A stretch of 64,000 nt of DNA, from contig VGEB01000003.1 of assembly GCA_016869435.1 (NCBI GenBank), positions 1,008 to 65,007 on the forward strand. Direction: 5' to 3'. A program made the translations under genes and the position numbers. The notes beneath the pieces are model-generated. The model made no database searches and was not told where the DNA came from. It worked only from the letters and a program-made list of their open reading frames with translations. This document shows positions 10,393 to 19,647 of the stretch, piece after piece (positions within the stretch are counted from its first letter, which is position 1; every line of letters starts with the position of its first letter). The stretch comes from Alphaproteobacteria bacterium (GTDB lineage Bacteria > Pseudomonadota > Alphaproteobacteria > Rhizobiales > Beijerinckiaceae).

Positions 10393-11376
10393 ATGAGAAA
10401 ACTGCTGGAATATTTTTGGCCGACGGTCGGCCTCGTCGCTGTCGTCGCCTCTTTCTTCCTTCTCTATCGCGAATTCAGAGGAGAATCCGTCGGCGTTGAA
10501 GTTTGGGCGAATCTGAAGGCGATACCCACGACCCATTATCTTCTTGCCGGCCTGTCGACGCTCGTCGCCTATGCGGCGCTCGCCTGGTACGATCGCATCG
10601 CGCTCCTGCATCTGGGCGTCAAGCATATCAACTGGCTGTTTATTTCGGTCTGCTCGTTCACGACATACGCCCTGTCCCATAATATCGGCGCAAGCGTGTT
10701 CTCGGGCGCCATGGTGCGCTATCGGGCCTATTCGACGAAGGGGCTGACTGCGACGCAGGTCGCGACCCTGGTGGTGCTGTGTTCATATACGTTCGGCTTC
10801 GGCAATGTGCTGCTCGCCGGACTATTGCTTACCTATAACCCGGCGATCATGCAGCGCCTGTCGGGCTTCCTGCCGGACGTCTTGACGAACCCGAGCACCG
10901 CGCTCGTCGTCGGTCTTGCCTGCCTCGCCTTCGTCGTTCTCTACATCATCGGATCGCTAATGCATTTCCGCCCGATCCACCTCTTCGGGCGCTTTGAAAT
11001 TCTCTATCCACGGCCCGCCATCATGCTGCGCCAGCTCTTTGCCGCGCCCCTGGAGCTCATCGGCGCTGCCGGCATCATCTATTTCGCGCTGCCGGAGCAG
11101 GGCAATCCGGGCTATCTCGTCGTGCTCGGCGCCTTTCTCCTGTCCTTCTCGGCGGCCTTGGTGTCCCATGCGCCGGGCGGTCTCGGGATTTTCGAACTGC
11201 TGTTCATCAACGTGATGCCCGACGTGCCGCGGCTGAAGGTTCTGGCGGCGCTGCTTATTTGGAGACTCTTCTATCTCATCATCCCCTTGCTGATCGCGCT
11301 CGTCGTCGTCGCGCTTTTTGAGCGCCGCAAACTCGTCGAGCGCTGGCGAGGGATAGAGCAACAGCTGCAAAAGTAA
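10393..11376 (+). CDS. UPF0104 / lysylphosphatidylglycerol synthase TM-domain (flippase-like) protein
   Basis: YDRIAL, SHNIGASVFSGAMVRYRAYS, HAPGGLGIFE and LLIWRLFYLIIP. There is no C-terminal synthase domain. Confidence 0.85.
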   Translation: MRKLLEYFWPTVGLVAVVASFFLLYREFRGESVGVEVWANLKAIPTTHYLLAGLSTLVAYAALAWYDRIALLHLGVKHINWLFISVCSFTTYALSHNIGASVFSGAMVRYRAYSTKGLTATQVATLVVLCSYTFGFGNVLLAGLLLTYNPAIMQRLSGFLPDVLTNPSTALVVGLACLAFVVLYIIGSLMHFRPIHLFGRFEILYPRPAIMLRQLFAAPLELIGAAGIIYFALPEQGNPGYLVVLGAFLLSFSAALVSHAPGGLGIFELLFINVMPDVPRLKVLAALLIWRLFYLIIPLLIALVVVALFERRKLVERWRGIEQQLQK

Positions 11377-11379
11377 AAA

Positions 11380-11402
11380 ACGCCGGCCATATTGACCGGC
11401 GT
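11380..11402. terminator. Probable bidirectional intrinsic terminator
   Basis: ACGCCGG...CCGGCGT stem preceded by an A-run, lying between convergent genes. Confidence 0.55.
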
Positions 11403-11429
11403 CTTGAACGATCGGCGTTTGTCGCCGGG

Positions 11430-11705
11430 CTACATGCGATATTGCTGGAGACGCGTCGTTCGCAACCCCGCAAGGCCGTGCTGGTCGATCGACATCTGCC
11501 AGCTCAGGAATTCGTCGACCGTCAGCGTATAGCGGGTGCAGGCCTCGTCCAGCGAAAGCAGGCCGCCGCGCACCGCCGCCACCACTTCCGCCTTGCGCCG
11601 AATAACCCAGCGCTTGGTCGAAGCGGGGGGTAAATCCGCAACGGTCAGCGGACTGCCATCGGGACCGATGACATATTTGACACGGGGACGATGCGTCTCG
11701 GTCAT
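11430..11705 (-). CDS. sciP: CtrA inhibitor SciP (DUF1153)
   Basis: VKYVIGPDGSPLTVADLPP..TKRWVIRRKAEVVAAVRGGLLSLDEAC.RY.LT.DEFLSWQ is the SciP signature. Confidence 0.95.
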   Translation of the reverse strand: MTETHRPRVKYVIGPDGSPLTVADLPPASTKRWVIRRKAEVVAAVRGGLLSLDEACTRYTLTVDEFLSWQMSIDQHGLAGLRTTRLQQYRM

Positions 11706-11762
11706 CTCACTCACTCGCTACTCAAACAACCTTGGTGCAGCGATCGTTATAGAGGCCCCGCT

Positions 11763-11777
11763 TTAAAAATTGGCTAA
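11763..11777. promoter_or_regulatory. Near-consensus CtrA box upstream of sciP
   Basis: TTAA-AAATTGG-CTAA matches TTAA-N7-TTAA with one mismatch, about 60 bp upstream of the sciP start. Confidence 0.55.
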
Positions 11778-12044
11778 ACGAACAGGTTCTACAAGCAATG
11801 GAAAATAAACCAAATTTTAGGAAGATGCGCCGTCCGGGAGACTTCGTGAATCTTCCGCAGAAGCCTCAATACGCCAATGACGGCCTCGTTTTGCCTGGAA
11901 TTGCTTGCGCCGCGCGCTTCGCGTCCGTCCCGCAACAGTAAAAATCTTAGCGCGCAATCGTATGGATTTGGCAAAGCTCTAAGAACGGGTCGTTAACTGC
12001 GTTAACTCTTCGAGCAAAGGTGTGACAGCGAGTCCGGACAGCGA

Positions 12045-12656
12045 ATGACATGCATTGGGGTGATTCTCGCCGGCGGATTGTCGCGGCGCATGGGCGGGGG
12101 CGACAAGCCGCTCCTGGAGATAAAAGGTAGGCCGATCCTTCAGCATGTGATCGATCGGCTGAAGCCGCAGTGCGCGGCGCTGGCGATCAACGCCAACGGC
12201 GATCCAGCGCGGTTTTCGGCTTTCGGCATGCCGGTGATCGCCGACAGTGTCGAAGGCTTCGCGGGACCGCTCGCCGGCATCCTGGCAGGAATGGATTTTG
12301 CCGCCGCGAGAGGTGCGGCCGACGTGTTGAGCGCGCCGGGGGACACGCCATTCCTGCCCGCCGATCTCCTGTCGCGGCTCCAAGCCGCCCGCGGGCGTAG
12401 CGGCGCGCGCATCGCCGTCGCGGCATCGAACGGGCGGACCCATCACGCCGTGGCGCTGTGGCCGGTCGCGCTGCGCGACGAACTGCGGCGCGCGCTCGTC
12501 GAGGAAGGCGAGCGCAAAGTGTCGACCTTCATCAGCCGGTTTGCAAATGTCGCCGTCGACTGGCCGGTCGAGCCTTACGACCAGTTCTTCAATGTGAACA
12601 GGCGGGAGGATCTGGCCAGCGCCGTCGCGATAGCCAAGGAGAGATCGCGCGGCTAG
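12045..12656 (+). CDS. mobA: Molybdenum cofactor guanylyltransferase
   Basis: GVILAGGLSRRMGGGDK, AINAN, GPLAGILAG, PGDTPFLP and FFNVN. Confidence 0.95.
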   Translation: MTCIGVILAGGLSRRMGGGDKPLLEIKGRPILQHVIDRLKPQCAALAINANGDPARFSAFGMPVIADSVEGFAGPLAGILAGMDFAAARGAADVLSAPGDTPFLPADLLSRLQAARGRSGARIAVAASNGRTHHAVALWPVALRDELRRALVEEGERKVSTFISRFANVAVDWPVEPYDQFFNVNRREDLASAVAIAKERSRG

Positions 12657-12695
12657 ATTGACGCGCGACGATGCCCCAGGGGACTGACGCTGCCT

Positions 12696-13265
12696 ATGAG
12701 CGCGCAAGCGAAAAAGAGTCTGAAAGAGAAAGTCGAAGAGGAAGCCAAGGCCTTCTTTCCGGTCTTCCTCTATGTGTGGTTTCTGCTCGCCGTGCTTGGC
12801 GTGCATAAGTCGATCGTCTTGTCTCAGGCGCATCTCGTGCAGCATCAGGGATTCGCCGTCGTCAAGGCGCTCGCCTTCGCCAAGGTGCTGTTTATCGCCA
12901 ACAAATTCGGTGTCTGGCGCGTCTTCGACAAAATGCCGCTGATCACGCCCATTCTTGTCAAATCGCTGCTGTTCGGCCTGCTGCTGATCGTCATGGACAT
13001 CGCGGAGCAGGCGTTGCTTGAGCATATTTGGCCGTCCCACGTCGACCATGACGGCGTCGACCTCAGCAATCTGCGCACCTTGCTTTCGGTCGGACTCGTG
13101 AGCTTCGCTGCGCTGATTCCTTTCTTCGGCTATCGCGAATTTGCAAAGCTGATCGGGGATAAGGAGCTGCTGAACGTTCTCTTCGTGCGTCGGGAGATGT
13201 TCGTTCCGCAGCGCGAGGTCGAGCGGGCGGCCGCGCCGGCGCCTGCGGAAACCGTCGAAAGCTAA
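12696..13265 (+). CDS. Hypothetical multi-pass membrane protein
   Basis: About four hydrophobic segments and coding-like codon use. No motif recognised. Confidence 0.7.
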   Translation: MSAQAKKSLKEKVEEEAKAFFPVFLYVWFLLAVLGVHKSIVLSQAHLVQHQGFAVVKALAFAKVLFIANKFGVWRVFDKMPLITPILVKSLLFGLLLIVMDIAEQALLEHIWPSHVDHDGVDLSNLRTLLSVGLVSFAALIPFFGYREFAKLIGDKELLNVLFVRREMFVPQREVERAAAPAPAETVES

Positions 13266-14293
13266 ACGAAGCCGGGATCGATTTCGACGGCGGCTTCGAG
13301 CCAGGGAGGCGTCGGCAGGTTCTGACTGCGCAAGAACTCGGCGTTGAACAGCTTCGACGCGTAGCGCGCGCCGCCGTCGCAGAGCACCGTCACGATCGTG
13401 TTGCCGGGTCCCATATCGCGCGCGAGTCTGATCGCCCCGGCGACATTGATTCCCGAAGAACCGCCGAGCAGCAATCCCTCTTGTTCGGCGAGATCGAAGA
13501 CGACCCGCAGCGCCTCGTCGTCCGGAATGCGATAGGCGACGTCAATCGGCGCGCCCTCGAGATTGGCGGTGATCCGGCCCTGGCCGATTCCTTCCGTGAT
13601 CGACGAGCCTTCGGCCTTCAGCTCTCCGGTCGTGTAATAGGAATAGAGCGCCGCGCCGAAGGGATCGGCGAGCCCGATCTTCACTTCCGGATTTCTCTCC
13701 TTGAGCGCCATGCCGACGCCGGCGAGCGTGCCGCCGGTGCCGCAGGCGCAGATGAAGGCGTCGACCGCGCCGTCGAGCGCTTCGTATATCTCGGGGCCGG
13801 TCGTGGTGAGATGGGCGACGCGGTTGGCGACATTGTCGAATTGATTGGCCCAAACCGCGCCGTTGGGCTCTTCCCTGGCGAGGCGTTCGGCGAGTCGTCC
13901 GGAGAGCTTCACATAATTATTGGGATTGGCGTAGGGAACCGCCGGCACTTCGACGAGCTGCGCGCCCTGCAGGCGCAACATGTCCTTCTTTTCCTGGCTC
14001 TGGGTGTCGGGAATGACGATCACCGTGCGAAAGCCGAGCGCATTGGCGACGAGCGCGAGTCCAATGCCGGTATTGCCGGCGGTGCCTTCGACGATCGTTC
14101 CGCCCGGCTTCAAGAATCCTTTCGCGCGCGCGTCTTCGACGATCGACAGGGCGGCGCGGTCCTTCACCGAACCGCCGGGGTTCATGAATTCCGCCTTGCC
14201 GAGGATGCGGCAACCAGTGGCCTTGGAGGCCGCGCGCAGTTCGATGAGTGGCGTGCGTCCGATCGCTTCGATGACGCTGGGGGCGACGGTCAT
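13262..14293 (-). CDS. cysK: Cysteine synthase (PLP-dependent O-acetylserine sulfhydrylase)
   Basis: KAEFMNPGGSVKDR, EGTAGNTGIGL, NQFDN, GTGGT, EGIG and GGSSGINVAGA. Confidence 0.93.
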   Translation of the reverse strand: MTVAPSVIEAIGRTPLIELRAASKATGCRILGKAEFMNPGGSVKDRAALSIVEDARAKGFLKPGGTIVEGTAGNTGIGLALVANALGFRTVIVIPDTQSQEKKDMLRLQGAQLVEVPAVPYANPNNYVKLSGRLAERLAREEPNGAVWANQFDNVANRVAHLTTTGPEIYEALDGAVDAFICACGTGGTLAGVGMALKERNPEVKIGLADPFGAALYSYYTTGELKAEGSSITEGIGQGRITANLEGAPIDVAYRIPDDEALRVVFDLAEQEGLLLGGSSGINVAGAIRLARDMGPGNTIVTVLCDGGARYASKLFNAEFLRSQNLPTPPWLEAAVEIDPGFV

Positions 14294-14322
14294 GGATGAT
14301 TCCCGGCGAGTGCGAATCGTTC

Positions 14323-15207
14323 CTAGCCGAACGACGCCTTTCGCTCAAAGGCGAAAATCGCGCCATGCCGCGCCCGCTCGCCGGGCTCAAGGACTCTCAT
14401 CGAAGGTTTTTCATAGAGATCGCCGTGAAAATCCTCGGGATCGCCGTGGCCGGTCCATGGCTCGATGCACAGATAAGGCGCCGGCGGAAGCGTCCAGAAT
14501 CCGACATGAGGGAAGTCTTGCAGGGTCACCGCAAGACGCCCGCCTTCGCCGTTGTCGAAAACAAGGCTGTGGCTTTCAAGATTGAGAAAGCACAGGGCGT
14601 CGCGCGCGAACATCTGCGGCTCGAGCGGCAGCCGCCGGCCGACAAGCGGCGTTTTGCGGATCGGCTTTGAAAAGAGTCCGCCGGGCCCGATCACTGGAAC
14701 GTCGGGGCGCTCCTCCTTCTCGAAGACGATCGCATGCGGCGAGGCGGAGCCGGCGAGCGGCCAGCGAAAGGCGGGATGCAGACCGCAAGCATAGGGAAGG
14801 GGCCGAGAACCGATGTTCGCGACGATGAGACTGTTTTCGAGCGCGCCGGCGTGAAGCCGGAATTCCACTTCGAAGCGGAAGGCGAAGGGATAGAGCGCGC
14901 GGGTCTCGTCATCGTCGATGAGCGCAAGGCGCAGATAGTCGTCGCGTCGCTCGGCGACGTCAAAGCGCTTTTTCCAGGCGAAGCCGTGCAGCGCAAGCGG
15001 ATAGGTTTTGCCGTCGACGCGGATGCTTCCGTCGCGGGTCCAGCCGACGACCGGAAACAGCACGGGCGCGGTCTGGTCCCAGATATTGGGGTCCTTCGCC
15101 CAGATCAGGTCGACTCCCCGCGCGCGCCATGCCGCCAGCTCCGCGCCGAAGAGCAAAATCTCGGCGCGGTCGCCGGAGAGATGGGTGAGCTCAATCGCGT
15201 CGGTCAT
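14323..15207 (-). CDS. Aldose 1-epimerase family protein
   Basis: GAELAAW, APVLFPVVG, HGFA, YPFAF, GLHPAF and YLCIEPWTG. Confidence 0.9.
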   Translation of the reverse strand: MTDAIELTHLSGDRAEILLFGAELAAWRARGVDLIWAKDPNIWDQTAPVLFPVVGWTRDGSIRVDGKTYPLALHGFAWKKRFDVAERRDDYLRLALIDDDETRALYPFAFRFEVEFRLHAGALENSLIVANIGSRPLPYACGLHPAFRWPLAGSASPHAIVFEKEERPDVPVIGPGGLFSKPIRKTPLVGRRLPLEPQMFARDALCFLNLESHSLVFDNGEGGRLAVTLQDFPHVGFWTLPPAPYLCIEPWTGHGDPEDFHGDLYEKPSMRVLEPGERARHGAIFAFERKASFG

Positions 15208-15369
15208 TGGCCAGTCCTATCGCGAGACGCAAGCGCAGGCGAATGCTTACAAAATGAGCGTTACCTGCCTTTGCGCCGCTTGAGCGGCCACAATCGGCGC
15301 AATAATGTCCCGCCGCCAACCCTGTGGTAGCGCGATGCGCAGCGCTTCGAACGCCAATGAGAAGGGCTT

Positions 15370-16061
15370 ATGACGATTAGCAATTTGGTCGCGGATATCG
15401 GCTCCGGCGCCTTCAGCGTAGAGGTGACTCTCTTTTTTACGACGTTCACCACGCTGCTCGCGGTCATCAATCCTTTTGAGGTGCTGCCAATCTTCCTGAT
15501 GCTCCAGCGCGAAAAAAACGATGTGGAGCGACGCCGGGTGGCGTTTCTGTCCTGTCTCTATGCGCTGTTGCTGATCCTGTTTTTCCTGTTCTTTGGCGCG
15601 GTAATCTTAAAAATATTCGGCGTCTCGCTGAATATGGTTCGGATCGCCGGCGGCATCGTGCTGACGCGAATCGGATTTGAACTGTTCCTGCCGTCGTCAA
15701 ATGAGAAAGCAGCCTTGCGCCACCCGGCCCCAACGCCGACGTCGCCTTCATGCCGCTGGCGATGCCGCTCATGATCGGTCCCGGCGTGATCGCAACGGTT
15801 CTCGGCATGACGGCCACCATCGAGCATTCTTCCCACGAAGCGCTGGCCTTCGGCGCCATCCTCGCCGCGATATTTCTCGCGGTCGGCGTGACTTACGGCT
15901 GTCTCGCCTTCGCCGCGCGATTGACGACGTTTTTGGGGCCGCTGGGAATCGATGCGGCGACCAGAATCGTCGGTTTTTTCGTCTCGGCGATGGGCGTGTC
16001 TCTGGTCTTCACCGGCGTGATCCATGAGCTGGAGTTACATGGGCTGAGCGGATTGCATTAG
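15370..16061 (+). pseudogene. MarC family membrane protein, frameshifted near 15705-15749
   Basis: The N-half (LLAVINPFEVLPIFL, RIAGGIVL) is in one frame. The C-half (DVAFMPLAMPLMIGPGVIA, RIVGFFVSAMGV) is in another. Confidence 0.8.
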
Positions 16062-16090
16062 CCCCGTTGCGAGACCGCGGGGCGCGATGG

Positions 16091-17281
16091 CTACAGACAT
16101 CGCAAGGTTTCGCCGAGCCGCAGATAAATCTCGCGATGCGCGTCGCGCAGGCCAGGCACCCAGGGTTTGAGCTGCGCCCCTACGACGGCGTCGAAGTGAT
16201 CGAACCGCTGTCCGATCGCCTTGTCGAGATATTCGTAATACCAGCGCCCCGGCTTGAGTCGTTGGCGTCGGAAGACGCCTTCGCCTCCCACTGGCTCCTC
16301 GCGCGCCGTAAACGGATAGCGCTGCGAGATGACGCTCACGGCGCCGTCGTTAGGCCGCCACTGCGGCAGCGAAAGTTCGCCGCCGCCCCAGCCGACGATC
16401 GGCGCCTTGGCGAATCGCGCCTCTCGCGCCTGATAGAGCGCCGGCTGCCAGAGAATGGGATGAATGGTGGGGTCTGGCCGCCAGGCCTTGCCGAAAAAGC
16501 CGGAGGCGCGGACATAAGTAGCGTTGGTCACGAGCGAGAGATAGTAGGTGCCGTGATGCGATCTGAACCGGGCGTTGGCGTTACGGCAGCCCTGGAGCGT
16601 CATATCGAAGATGAGATTGTCCTCCCCGGCGACAAAGTCGCCGGCGTCCAGACGCGCCATCGCTTGCAGCGGATCCGCTTCACGTTCGGTCCACTGATCG
16701 AGATGGAGATCGAACGGCTTGCGCATTGCGCTCGGAACGCCGGCGGCCATTCCGAGAAAATTGAACGAGTCCGCGATGAGCCGGCTCGGTCTGCGCTTGA
16801 AACGGCCGTCCGTCTGGTCGCATCCAAAGCCGTAAGGCAGCAAAGAACCGTTAATGGCGCCAGCGACGCTGACCACGCCTTCGATCCAGTCCGCGCTCGT
16901 TCCCCTGGCCCAGAAATCGTCGGCGAGCAGCGCTTGTAACTGCATGGCGGTCTGGACGCCCGCGCCATGGCCGACCAGGATCACGGGGTTCCTTTCCGAC
17001 CAGTTTGGCGCAAAAGGGTCCGCATATTCCCGTGAGTAGCGGGCGTGGCGCGCCTCGTTGCTGTGCCGTTCGCCATAGTCGACCCTTCCGCCGCCGATCT
17101 GAGCGAAAAGTTCGCAGGCTCGGTCGTGAAACGAACTGATCGGACCGACCTTCGCTTCGTGGACCGCAAAGGGTTCGCCGATCTGGTCGAGCGCGTCGCC
17201 CCAGTAGGGAAGGTCGAACTCGTCAGGCCCCCAGCCAAAGAAATCATGCACGAAAACAATATGCGAGGATTTGAGCGTCAT
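16091..17281 (-). CDS. Lipase-fold alpha/beta hydrolase (Staphylococcus/Geobacillus lipase-like) lacking the nucleophile Ser
   Basis: VHDFFGWG, GPISSFHDRACELFAQI.GGRVDYG..H, LVGHGAGVQT, NDGAVS and DHFD. Start placed at ATG 17281. Confidence 0.75.
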   Translation of the reverse strand: MTLKSSHIVFVHDFFGWGPDEFDLPYWGDALDQIGEPFAVHEAKVGPISSFHDRACELFAQIGGGRVDYGERHSNEARHARYSREYADPFAPNWSERNPVILVGHGAGVQTAMQLQALLADDFWARGTSADWIEGVVSVAGAINGSLLPYGFGCDQTDGRFKRRPSRLIADSFNFLGMAAGVPSAMRKPFDLHLDQWTEREADPLQAMARLDAGDFVAGEDNLIFDMTLQGCRNANARFRSHHGTYYLSLVTNATYVRASGFFGKAWRPDPTIHPILWQPALYQAREARFAKAPIVGWGGGELSLPQWRPNDGAVSVISQRYPFTAREEPVGGEGVFRRQRLKPGRWYYEYLDKAIGQRFDHFDAVVGAQLKPWVPGLRDAHREIYLRLGETLRCL

Positions 17282-17574
17282 TCGCCGGTCCGCCGTCGAC
17301 AGAAATAAGAAAAAAGTGCTTATTCGAAGGAGGGCATCATATTGTTCGATCGCGCTCGTTCGAGCGTCGCTCTGGTATTGCGATGCCAAAAAACTAGCGG
17401 CGGCGCCCGGCCAAGCGCTTCATCAAAACGGACGGGGCAAGAAAAATTCCAACAAGATTCTGACGCGGCTAACTAATGGCGGCATAAAGAGAATTTGCAG
17501 GCCGTCCCAGATGCCGATTGTAGGCGCTTGCGTCCGATGCCGGGGACGCTTAGCCACTCACTTTGAGGGCGGCA

Positions 17575-19371
17575 ATGTCCGATTCGATCACTCCAGCCTT
17601 TCTTGGGGTCGAGCGTTCCGTGCTCGGCCGACGGTGGCGCGGGCGGCTCGACGCCAGAGGCGAGGCGCAGGCGCTCGCGCTGACGCAGGCGCATGGGATC
17701 GACGATTTTCTTGCGCGGGTGATCGCCGGGCGCGGCGTCACCGTCGCTGAAGCCGCTGGCTATCTCGATCCCAAACTGCGCGACCTCCTGCCAGACCCGT
17801 CCTCGCTGCGCGACATGGACGCCGCCACCGATCGGCTGGCGACTGCGATTGAATCAGGCGAGCAGATCGCCATTTTCGGCGACTATGACGTTGACGGCGC
17901 GTGTTCCTCTGCGCTGCTTATCGACTTTTGGCGCGCAGCCGGGGCGCCGGAGCCCCTTCTGCATATTCCTGACCGGATCGTCGAAGGCTATGGGCCGAAT
18001 GTCGAAGCGATCCGGGATCTTGCAGGCCGCGGCGCGACTCTTCTCGTCACCGTCGACTGCGGCGCCACGAGTCATGAGGCCTTCGCCGCCGCGCGCGCGC
18101 TCGGTCTCGATGTGATCGTTCTTGACCATCACCAGGCCCCGGAGGTGTTGCCCGAGGCGCTCGTCGTCAATCCCAATCGGCTCGACGAACTGTCGGGGCA
18201 GGGCGCGCTCTGCGCCGCGGGAGTGGTTTTTCTTGCGCTCGCCGGCCTCTCGCGGACGCTGCGGGCGCGCGGGTGGTGGCGCGAGGATCGTCCTGCGCCC
18301 GATCTCCTCGCCGCGCTGGATCTCGTCGCGCTGGCGACGGTCGCCGACGTCGCTCCGCTGGCGCGGCTCAACCGGGCGCTGGTCGCCAAGGGCCTGTTGG
18401 TGATGGGCGCGCGATCGCGGCCGGGCCTCGCCGCGCTCATGGACGCCGCCCGGCTGAACGGGCCGCCGCGCGCGCGCGATCTGGGATTCGCGCTCGGTCC
18501 ACGCATCAACGCCGGAGGGCGGATCGGCGACGCCGGACTCGGCGCGCGTCTCCTGACGCTCTCCGATTGCGTTGAAGCGCGTCGCATCGCCCTGGAGCTC
18601 GACCGGCTGAACGGCGAGCGTCAGATCGTCGAGCGGGCGACATTAGAGCAGGCGGTCGCCCTGGCCGACGCGCAATTGGCGAGATCCAACCGACTGTCAT
18701 GCTTAGTGATCGAAGGCGAGGACTGGCATCCGGGCGTCGTCGGATTGATCGCGTCACGTTTAAAGGAACGCTTTAATATTCCTACTTTTATAATTGCTTT
18801 TAATGGAGAATATGGAGCTTGTTCAGGTAGAAGTTTAAGTGGTGTCGATCTTGGTTCGGCGGTGCGGCGCGCGGTCGATCTGGGTTTGGCGATCAAAGGC
18901 GGCGGGCACGCGATGGCGGCCGGCGCGACGTTGACCCGCGACAAGGTTGGCGACTTTCGCGCCTTTCTCAACGAGGCGCTCGAAGCCGACGTCGCGGCGG
19001 CGCGCCTTGATGATGCGCTTGTGCTCGATGCGGCGCTTGCGGGACGAGGCGTCAGTCTCGATCTGCTGCGACGGGTCGAACGGGCAGGGCCCTTCGGGCA
19101 GGGCAATCCGGAGCCGCTGTTTGCCCTGCCCGAACAGCAGGTCGCATTCGCGCAGACTGTCGGGTCCGATCATGTGCGCGCTCGTTTGCGCTCGCGCGAT
19201 GGCGCGACGGTCGACGCGATAGCATTTGGCGCGGCAAGCTCGCCGCTCGGCGACGCCCTTCTTAGAGGAGAGCGCACTCAGTTTCATGTCGCGGCGAAGC
19301 TCTCCGGAAGTGTCTTTCGGGGCGTCGAGCGCGTCGAGACGCGAATCGTCGACCTCGCGCGCGTTCAATGA
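17575..19371 (+). CDS. recJ: Single-stranded-DNA exonuclease RecJ
   Basis: GDYDVDGACS, PDRIVEGYGPN, TVDCG, LDHH, ATVADV, FALGPRINAGGR, GGGHAMAAG and GPFGQGNPEP. Confidence 0.97.
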   Translation: MSDSITPAFLGVERSVLGRRWRGRLDARGEAQALALTQAHGIDDFLARVIAGRGVTVAEAAGYLDPKLRDLLPDPSSLRDMDAATDRLATAIESGEQIAIFGDYDVDGACSSALLIDFWRAAGAPEPLLHIPDRIVEGYGPNVEAIRDLAGRGATLLVTVDCGATSHEAFAAARALGLDVIVLDHHQAPEVLPEALVVNPNRLDELSGQGALCAAGVVFLALAGLSRTLRARGWWREDRPAPDLLAALDLVALATVADVAPLARLNRALVAKGLLVMGARSRPGLAALMDAARLNGPPRARDLGFALGPRINAGGRIGDAGLGARLLTLSDCVEARRIALELDRLNGERQIVERATLEQAVALADAQLARSNRLSCLVIEGEDWHPGVVGLIASRLKERFNIPTFIIAFNGEYGACSGRSLSGVDLGSAVRRAVDLGLAIKGGGHAMAAGATLTRDKVGDFRAFLNEALEADVAAARLDDALVLDAALAGRGVSLDLLRRVERAGPFGQGNPEPLFALPEQQVAFAQTVGSDHVRARLRSRDGATVDAIAFGAASSPLGDALLRGERTQFHVAAKLSGSVFRGVERVETRIVDLARVQ

Positions 19372-19647
19372 TGGCGATTAGACTGTGGCGCTTCGGCCAC
19401 AGCGCTCTTCAATCTTTCGCTGCGGCTGCGTTTAGATTGGGACTGTCGCATTTTGGTCTCATTTGAGACGCCTCCTGACGCAGGCGTAACTGCGTTTAAC
19501 GGCAAGTTCATACATCAACGAGAAACTCCTCGGGTCGCATTCGCGCGATGGTCCTGTTGCGCGAGAAAAAGGAGATGCGTCGCCAGTTAACGCGTCTCTC
19601 ATTGCAGATCCGCTGCGGGTCGACGCACGAGGGCAAGGACCGTCAGG

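Noticed and set aside
19372-19647. tRNA gene upstream of rlpA, as in some relatives
   Set aside because: I could not find a cloverleaf or a GGTTCGAATCC-type T-arm.
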